Shown: positions 57,396-64,000 of the stretch, piece after piece | Position numbering within the stretch: the first letter of the stretch is position 1 | How the letters are laid out: each line of letters begins with the position of its first letter | DNA from: Chitinophagaceae bacterium | Lineage (GTDB): Bacteria; Bacteroidota; Bacteroidia; Chitinophagales; Chitinophagaceae | Direction of reading: 5' to 3' | DNA: 64,000 nucleotides | Assembly (NCBI GenBank): GCA_018335935.1 | Contig: JAGXRG010000069.1 | Coordinates: forward strand, 67,976 to 131,975 | Translations under genes and position numbers: made by a program | The notes under the pieces: generated by a model | Told to the model about the DNA's origin: nothing | Seen by the model: the letters and a program-made list of their open reading frames with translations, nothing else | The model's database searches: none

Positions 57396-58301
57396 TTAAA
57401 TTTCTTTAAGTCTAACCAATTTTTTAGTAATATTTAGCTCATATTTTCCTCCAATTTTTAAAGGAAAGTTTTCAGTTTGATGACCAACAGGAAAATTAAA
57501 ACAAATTGGAATTTTGAGGTCTTTTACTTGATCTAAAATAATTTCATTGATAGTTTTTCCATAAGGAGTAATGGTATCTTTCATTTCTGTAAACCCACCA
57601 ATTAGCAATCCTTTTATTCCTTTAAAAAAACCACTTCTTTTTAATTGAATTAACATTCTGTCAATATGATACAAATACTCTCCAATATCTTCAATAAACA
57701 GTATTTTATTTTTTGTTAGGTATGCAGAATTTGTTCCTAAACTGTGTACAATTAAACTCAGATTTCCGCCAATAAGTTCTGCTTCAATTTTTCCTGATTG
57801 ATTGAATTCATGAGGCTCACAAGTATATTTTTGTTTTACTCCTTTAAGTGTTTTAGCTATAGATTGCACATAGACCGTAGTTTTACCTTTATCATTAAAA
57901 GCAGCTGCCATAGGAGAATGCAAACTAGCAATTTTTAAGTGTGTATGAATATGACTTTGTAACAATGTAATATCGCTATAACCAATAATCCATTTGGGAT
58001 TTTTTTTGAAGGAAGTGAAATTAATTTTATCTATAATTCTACTTAAACCATAACCTCCTCTTGCACATAAAATAGCTTTAATACTTTTATCATTGAGCAT
58101 ATTTTGCAAATCAGCTAATCTTTCCTCGTCTGTTCCTGAAAAATAGTGATATTGATGACCAATTGTTTTTCCTACAACAACTTTATAACCCCATTGTTCA
58201 AGAGTTTGAATACAGTTTTGAACTTTATCGAATGCCATGAAACCAGAAGGACAAATAAGCCCTATGCAATCTCCTTTTTTTAGGTATGGTGGAATTTTCA
58301 T
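57396..58301 (-). CDS. ldcA: S66 family LD-carboxypeptidase
   Basis: 301 aa with GDCIGLICPSG, ARGGYG and the nucleophile motif IGYSDIT. Confidence 0.8.
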   Translation of the reverse strand: MKIPPYLKKGDCIGLICPSGFMAFDKVQNCIQTLEQWGYKVVVGKTIGHQYHYFSGTDEERLADLQNMLNDKSIKAILCARGGYGLSRIIDKINFTSFKKNPKWIIGYSDITLLQSHIHTHLKIASLHSPMAAAFNDKGKTTVYVQSIAKTLKGVKQKYTCEPHEFNQSGKIEAELIGGNLSLIVHSLGTNSAYLTKNKILFIEDIGEYLYHIDRMLIQLKRSGFFKGIKGLLIGGFTEMKDTITPYGKTINEIILDQVKDLKIPICFNFPVGHQTENFPLKIGGKYELNITKKLVRLKEI

Positions 58302-58351
58302 GATAAAAATATCTTGCTAAAGTAATTCAAAAATGATCTAGTTAATGGCAA

Positions 58352-58384
58352 TAAAAAACCCAATTCAGAATTTCCAAATTGGGT
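58352..58384 (-). terminator. terminator after the beta-barrel OMP gene
   Basis: On the minus strand: acccaatt-tggaaattctg-aattgggt followed by tttttt. Confidence 0.7.
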
Positions 58385-58407
58385 TTAATGATTTTTAGCT
58401 TTATTAT

Positions 58408-59163
58408 TTATAGTCCGCTAATAGTAATACCTAAAGACATTGTATTCATTTCTGGACCAAATCCAGATTTTAATACAGGTGTTAAAGTATAAGCTCCACT
58501 TAAAGAAACCATTCCATAACCAATTCTTCCTGTAACAGATAATCTTGTACCATTAAAGAATTTTTTACTATACTCTTTTTCAATATAACTAGGTCCATAA
58601 ATAGAAGCTCCTGTTTTATCTTGTAAATCTTTTCCTTTAGTATATGCTTTTAATAGTGTTCCTACTTTAGCACCAACAGCAAATTTCCAAGATTTGCCAA
58701 AGTTGTTTGGGTTTAAAGTATACCTTAGTTCAACGGGTAATTCAAAAAATATTTCGGTCACCTTAAATTTAGCAAAATGATTTGTTCCTTCAACATTTGT
58801 AAAAGGTAATCTATTGGAATTAGATTTAATATCTACATAAGTTTTATCGAAATAGATATTACTTGTTCCCAGCCCTACACCATAAGCTACACTAAATTTA
58901 GGGTTAGTTTTAAATGGCTTATCGGTCATTAAATAAAAATTGAAATGCTTTCCACCACTTGTTCTTGCACTATCACTTTTATTCATCCAACTATCGCTAC
59001 CCAATTGAATTAAAAAATGATCTGCAGGTTGTGCTCTCCTAATTTTTTTTGGAAAATCGGTTGAAGAAGAATTTTCTTTTGTAACTTTTTTAGTAGTTGC
59101 TTTTTGTGCAAATGATATTTGAACAGTAGTTAAGGCTAAGATTAGAATAAAAATCTTTTTCAT
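58408..59163 (-). CDS. outer membrane beta-barrel protein (PorT-like family)
   Basis: 251 aa. Signal peptide. Alternating-hydrophobicity strands ending ...SLGITISGL. Confidence 0.6.
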   Translation of the reverse strand: MKKIFILILALTTVQISFAQKATTKKVTKENSSSTDFPKKIRRAQPADHFLIQLGSDSWMNKSDSARTSGGKHFNFYLMTDKPFKTNPKFSVAYGVGLGTSNIYFDKTYVDIKSNSNRLPFTNVEGTNHFAKFKVTEIFFELPVELRYTLNPNNFGKSWKFAVGAKVGTLLKAYTKGKDLQDKTGASIYGPSYIEKEYSKKFFNGTRLSVTGRIGYGMVSLSGAYTLTPVLKSGFGPEMNTMSLGITISGL

Positions 59164-59241
59164 TTAATAAGTAATTAGTTTTAAAACTATTGAAGCAAAA
59201 TAAACGAAAAGCCATTAGATAATGAGTTAAAAAAATGCCAA

Positions 59242-59274
59242 ATAAAAAACCTCATAGTTTTGGGCTATGAGGTT
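59242..59274 (-). terminator. terminator after rpoC
   Basis: On the minus strand: aacctcatag-cccaaaa-ctatgaggtt followed by ttttttatttg. Confidence 0.8.
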
Positions 59275-59295
59275 TATATTTTGAATTATTAAAAA

Positions 59296-62200
59296 TTATT
59301 CTTCGTCATCAAAATTCATGGCTTCACGAGTTGTAGTTAACACTTCATATTCTTCTTTACTACCTACAATCATGTTTTCAAATTCTCTTAAACCTGTACC
59401 TGCAGGAATTAAGTGACCTGTAATTACATTTTCTTTTAAGCCTAACATACTATCTGTTTTACCATTAATAGCAGCCTGACTTAAAACTTTAGTAGTTTCT
59501 TGGAATGAAGCAGCAGAAATCCAACTTGGTACACCTAAAGATGCTTTAGTGATACCTAATAATACTGGTGTTGCAGTTGCTGGGCGTGCATCACGAACTT
59601 CAACAGGTTTTTTATCTGCACGACGTAAGATTGAATTTTCTTCTCTCAATTCACGTACAGTAACAATTTGACCTGCTCTCATTTTTGTGCTTTCGCCAGC
59701 GTCTGTAACTACTTTCTTATCGTAGATTCTGTCATTTTCATTGATGAAATCAAATCTGTCTTCTAAATCTTCTTCTAAGAATTTAGTATCTCCAGCACTT
59801 TTAATTTCTACTTTTTTCATCATTTGACGAACGATAACTTCAATATGCTTATCGTTGATTCTTACCCCTTGTAAACGATATACTTCTTGAATTTCATTTA
59901 CAATGTACTCTTGTACAGCAAATGGGCCTTTAATATTTAAAATATCGTAAGGTGCAATTTGACCATCAGATAATGGGTTACCTGCTTTGCAATAATCTCC
60001 ATCTTGTACAAGAATTTGACGAGACAATGGAACTAAGTATTTTTTAACTGTTTCATCTTTACTGGTAATAATGATTTCTCTATTACCACGTTTAACATTA
60101 CCAAAAGTAACTACACCATCAATTTCACAAACGATTGCTGGGTTACCTGGATTTCTTGCCTCGAATAACTCAGTTACACGTGGAAGACCCCCTGTAATAT
60201 CTCTTAGTTTACCAAGAATACGAGGAATTTTTACAAGTACTTGACCTGATCTTACTTCATCTCCTTGATCAACTACAATATGACTACCTACTGGTAAGTT
60301 ATATTCTTTATGCTCTTTACCATCAACAATAATGGTAGGGATTTTTGTTTTGTCTTTTGATTCTATTACTACTTTTTCTCTGTGACCAGTTTGATCATCT
60401 GATTCATCACGGTAAGTAATACCATCAACAATACCTTCGAAGCTAATGGTACCATTTTGCTCAGCAACAATTACGTTGTTAAATGGATCCCAAGTACAAA
60501 TCATATCTCCTTTGTTCACTTTTTGGCCATCTTTAACCAATAAAGTAGATCCATAAGGAATATTGTTGGTGATTAATAAACGATCGTTTTTCACATCCAT
60601 AATTCTAACCTCACCGGTACGACCAATTACAATCTGTGCTTTATCTCCAGCAGCATTTGTAGTTGCTACAGAACGTAAACCATCGAATTGAACAGTACCA
60701 TCGAAACGAGCTACTAATCCATTTTCAATATTTGCACTACCGGCAACACCACCCACGTGGAAGGTACGTAATGTAAGCTGTGTACCTGGTTCACCAATAG
60801 ATTGAGCAGCAATAATACCCACTGCATCTCCTCTTTGAGCTAAGTAACCTGAAGCAAGGTTTTTACCATAACATTTTACACACACACCACGCTTCATTTC
60901 GCAAGTTAAAACAGAACGAATTTCAACAGATTCAATTCCTGCTTCTTCAATTTCTCTAGCAACATCCGCAGAAATTTCCTCACCAGCTTTAATAATTAAC
61001 TCATCTGTAACCGGGTTGAATACATCGTGTAAAGAAGTTCTACCTTCAATTCTATCAGATAATGGTTCAATAATATCTTCGTTATCTTTTAATGCAGAAG
61101 TATTAATACCACGTAAAGTACCACAATCATCTTCAGAGATTACCACGTCTTGTGCAACGTCAACCAATCTTCTGGTTAAGTAACCAGCATCTGCAGTTTT
61201 AAGAGCAGTATCTGCAAGACCTTTACGTGCACCGTGAGTAGAAATAAAGTAATCTAATACATTTAGACCACCTTTAAAGTTAGAAAGAATTGGGTTTTCA
61301 ATAACCTCACTTCCACTAGAACCAGATTTACGTGGTTTAGCCATTAAACCTCTAATACCCACCAACTGTTTTACCTGAGTTTTACTACCTCTTGCTCCAG
61401 AGTCAAGCATCATATAAACAGAGTTAAACCCTTGTTTATCTGCAGCCATTTCTCTAATTAAAGTATCGGTAATTCTAGTATCTACTCTACCCCAAATATC
61501 AATAACTTGGTTATAACGCTCATTATTGGTAATTAAACCCATGTTATAGTTTTCCCAAGCTTCTTCTACTTCATTTTTTGCACTATCTAATAACTCTTGT
61601 TTTAAATCTGGAACAATAAGGTCGTTAATACTAAAGCTTAATCCACCTTTAAATGCCATTCTAAAACCTAAAGTTTTAATATCATCTAAGAATTTAGCAG
61701 TAACAGGTACGTTGGTAATTTTAATAATATCACCAATAATTTCTCTTAAACTTTTCTTAGTTAATAATTGATTTACAAACCCTACTTCAGCGGGTACATA
61801 TTGATTAAACAACACTCTACCAACAGTAGTGTCTATAATTTTACGAACTAATTTGCCTTTTTCTCTAACATTAGTTCTTAATTTAATATTAGCGTGTAAG
61901 TCAACTTTTTCTTCGTTATAGGCTATAATAACTTCTTCTAAACTATAGAATGCTTTTCCTTCGCCTTTAATTACATCTTTTCCTATAGTCTTTTTACCCT
62001 TAGTAATATAGTATAAACCAAGAACCATGTCCTGAGAAGGAAGTGTAATTGGAGTACCATTTTGTGGGTTAAGAATATTGTGAGAAGATAACATTAACAA
62101 CTGAGCTTCTAATACAGCTGCATTACTTAAAGGAACGTGAACAGCCATTTGGTCACCATCAAAGTCAGCATTAAATGCTGCAGTAACTAATGGGTGTAAT

Positions 62201-63582
62201 TGAATGGCTTTTCCTTCAATTAATTTAGGTTGAAAAGATTGAATTGACAATCTGTGAAGTGTTGGGGCACGATTTAATAAAATCGGATGACCTTTTAAAA
62301 TATTTTCTAAAATATCCCAAATTACTACTTCCTTTTTATCTACTAATTTCTTAGCAGATTTTACTGTTTTAACAATGCCTCTTTCTATTAATTTACGAAT
62401 GATAAATGGCTTAAATAATTCTGCTGCCATATCTTTTGGTAAACCACATTCGTGCATTTTTAACTCAGGACCCACCACAATTACAGAACGACCAGAATAA
62501 TCTACACGTTTACCTAATAAATTCTGACGGAAACGACCTTGTTTACCTTTTAATACATCTGATAAAGATTTTAACGGACGACCGCCATCTGCTTTTACAG
62601 CATTTGATTTACGACTATTATCGAATAAAGAATCGATTGCTTCTTGCAACATTCTTTTTTCGTTTCTTAAAATAACCTCAGGAGCTTTAATCTCCATCAA
62701 TCTTTTTAAACGATTATTTCTAATAATAACTCTACGATATAAATCATTTAAATCTGAAGATGCAAAACGTCCACCATCTAAAGGCACTAAGGGTCTTAAT
62801 TCTGGTGGAATTACAGGAATATATTGCATTACCATCCACTCTGGGCGATTGGTAATTCTTTCGGCACTATCTCTAAATGCTTCTACTACACTTAATCTTT
62901 TTAAAGCATCGGCTTTACGTTGTTGAGAAGTTTCAGTAGCAGCAGCATTACGTAATTGATAACTTAATTCATCTAAATCTAAACGAGCCAATAAATCTGA
63001 AATAGATTCAGCACCCATTTTAGCAATGAATTTTTGTGGATCTTCATCAGGTAAATACTGATTATCTTTTGGCAAATTATCAATAATATCTAAATATTCT
63101 TCTTCACTCAACAAGTCACCTACACCTAAGCTTTCTTTAACTCCAGCTTGTATTACAACATAACGTTCGTAATAAACAATACTTTCAATTTTTTTAGAAC
63201 TCATGCCTAATAAATAACCAATTTTATTAGGTAAGCTTTTAAAATACCATATATGTACAACAGGCACTACTAATTTAACATGGCCCATTCTTTCTCTACG
63301 TACTTTTTTTTCAGTTACTTCTACACCACAACGGTCACAAACGATTCCTTTATAACGAATACGTTTATACTTTCCACAAGCACATTCAAAATCTTTTACC
63401 GGTCCAAAAATTCTTTCACAGAATAAACCATCTCTTTCGGGTTTGTAAGTTCTGTAATTAATGGTTTCGGGCTTTAACACTTCGCCAAAACTTCTTTCCA
63501 ATATAGAATCTGGAGAAGCAAGGCTAATGGTAATTTTAGAGAAGGTTGGTTTGGTGCGATTGACTTCTTTTCTTAATGCCAT
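59296..63582 (-). CDS. rpoC: DNA-directed RNA polymerase subunit beta'
   Basis: 1428 aa. Zinc-binding CxCGK...C..C motif and the catalytic NADFDGDQM. Confidence 0.97.
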   Translation of the reverse strand: MALRKEVNRTKPTFSKITISLASPDSILERSFGEVLKPETINYRTYKPERDGLFCERIFGPVKDFECACGKYKRIRYKGIVCDRCGVEVTEKKVRRERMGHVKLVVPVVHIWYFKSLPNKIGYLLGMSSKKIESIVYYERYVVIQAGVKESLGVGDLLSEEEYLDIIDNLPKDNQYLPDEDPQKFIAKMGAESISDLLARLDLDELSYQLRNAAATETSQQRKADALKRLSVVEAFRDSAERITNRPEWMVMQYIPVIPPELRPLVPLDGGRFASSDLNDLYRRVIIRNNRLKRLMEIKAPEVILRNEKRMLQEAIDSLFDNSRKSNAVKADGGRPLKSLSDVLKGKQGRFRQNLLGKRVDYSGRSVIVVGPELKMHECGLPKDMAAELFKPFIIRKLIERGIVKTVKSAKKLVDKKEVVIWDILENILKGHPILLNRAPTLHRLSIQSFQPKLIEGKAIQLHPLVTAAFNADFDGDQMAVHVPLSNAAVLEAQLLMLSSHNILNPQNGTPITLPSQDMVLGLYYITKGKKTIGKDVIKGEGKAFYSLEEVIIAYNEEKVDLHANIKLRTNVREKGKLVRKIIDTTVGRVLFNQYVPAEVGFVNQLLTKKSLREIIGDIIKITNVPVTAKFLDDIKTLGFRMAFKGGLSFSINDLIVPDLKQELLDSAKNEVEEAWENYNMGLITNNERYNQVIDIWGRVDTRITDTLIREMAADKQGFNSVYMMLDSGARGSKTQVKQLVGIRGLMAKPRKSGSSGSEVIENPILSNFKGGLNVLDYFISTHGARKGLADTALKTADAGYLTRRLVDVAQDVVISEDDCGTLRGINTSALKDNEDIIEPLSDRIEGRTSLHDVFNPVTDELIIKAGEEISADVAREIEEAGIESVEIRSVLTCEMKRGVCVKCYGKNLASGYLAQRGDAVGIIAAQSIGEPGTQLTLRTFHVGGVAGSANIENGLVARFDGTVQFDGLRSVATTNAAGDKAQIVIGRTGEVRIMDVKNDRLLITNNIPYGSTLLVKDGQKVNKGDMICTWDPFNNVIVAEQNGTISFEGIVDGITYRDESDDQTGHREKVVIESKDKTKIPTIIVDGKEHKEYNLPVGSHIVVDQGDEVRSGQVLVKIPRILGKLRDITGGLPRVTELFEARNPGNPAIVCEIDGVVTFGNVKRGNREIIITSKDETVKKYLVPLSRQILVQDGDYCKAGNPLSDGQIAPYDILNIKGPFAVQEYIVNEIQEVYRLQGVRINDKHIEVIVRQMMKKVEIKSAGDTKFLEEDLEDRFDFINENDRIYDKKVVTDAGESTKMRAGQIVTVRELREENSILRRADKKPVEVRDARPATATPVLLGITKASLGVPSWISAASFQETTKVLSQAAINGKTDSMLGLKENVITGHLIPAGTGLREFENMIVGSKEEYEVLTTTREAMNFDDEE

Positions 63583-64000
63583 AAAAAATACTTATGATTT
63601 TATAATTTTTATAATGACCCACACACTAATAAATAGTTGCAGATGCACTTTTATTGTGGCTGTAGTTCTTTGTGGCTTGGGGTTTGAATGACTTAGTTTT
63701 ATATTGCCTCTAAGACGTAAAGGCACTTGTTTTGTTACTATAACCTTGTTTTTAAAGCTATTCATGTAACAAAAAAAATTTAACCCATTAAAAAAAGATA
63801 CTACTTCCCAATTTAGAGTTGGCAAAATTAGGGGTTGTGGATAACATATAAAAAAAGAATTTTGCGGTTTGGGTTAAAAACTCTAAGGATTTATAAAAAG
63901 CTTGTTAAAATTAGGCAACACGTTTTACTCAACTTTCGTCTTAATTACTTCAAAACGACATATAATTAGCAAATAATTCATTAGCAACTGCAACGTTTGC

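Noticed and set aside
63592-63825. 77-aa minus-strand ORF upstream of rpoC. Also the 76-aa plus-strand ORF at 63461..63691.
   Set aside because: Their composition is not protein-like. One overlaps the rpoC 5' end, and no motif was recognised.
1-64000. Scan of intergenic regions for tRNA, rRNA, tmRNA, RNase P RNA and SRP RNA.
   Set aside because: No cloverleaf-compatible sequence (no GTTCGAATC-type T-arm in a spacer) and no recognisable conserved RNA core was seen. None is reported.

Overview
AT-rich Bacteroidota chromosomal segment. Lineage markers are a SusC/SusD pair, a T9SS C-terminal sorting domain on a GH13 amylase, an S46 dipeptidyl-peptidase and SD-less compact gene spacing. I call 57 protein-coding genes, mostly housekeeping: deoC plus aldehyde dehydrogenases, fumC, pyrD, rodA, mqnB/mqnD, ffh, fabI, uppS, metH, rnpA/yidD and rpoC. 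Accessory blocks are a starch-utilisation locus (GH13-susC-susD-susE-susF with an adjacent NrtR-like Nudix regulator), an ABC/HlyD/TolC exporter operon, a yefM-yoeB toxin-antitoxin pair, and a SulP/beta-carbonic-anhydrase pair. I saw no rRNA, tRNA, CRISPR array, transposase or integrase. I cannot point to a clear new multi-gene system. The most unusual signals are in the DNA between and inside genes. (1) Degenerate heptanucleotide (period-7) tandem arrays sit directly against start or stop codons at many loci, and occur in frame inside mqnD and metH. (2) A GxxExxY (PD-(D/E)XK-like) gene is flanked by terminal inverted repeats and sits exactly between two aldehyde-dehydrogenase genes; the second of these lacks the whole catalytic domain. 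(3) A 2.5-kb islet (9830-12323) is saturated with three families of palindromic repeats and carries a secreted hypothetical protein, a zinc-ribbon protein and a tail-less SSB. All functional calls rest on motif recognition by eye, with no database search.
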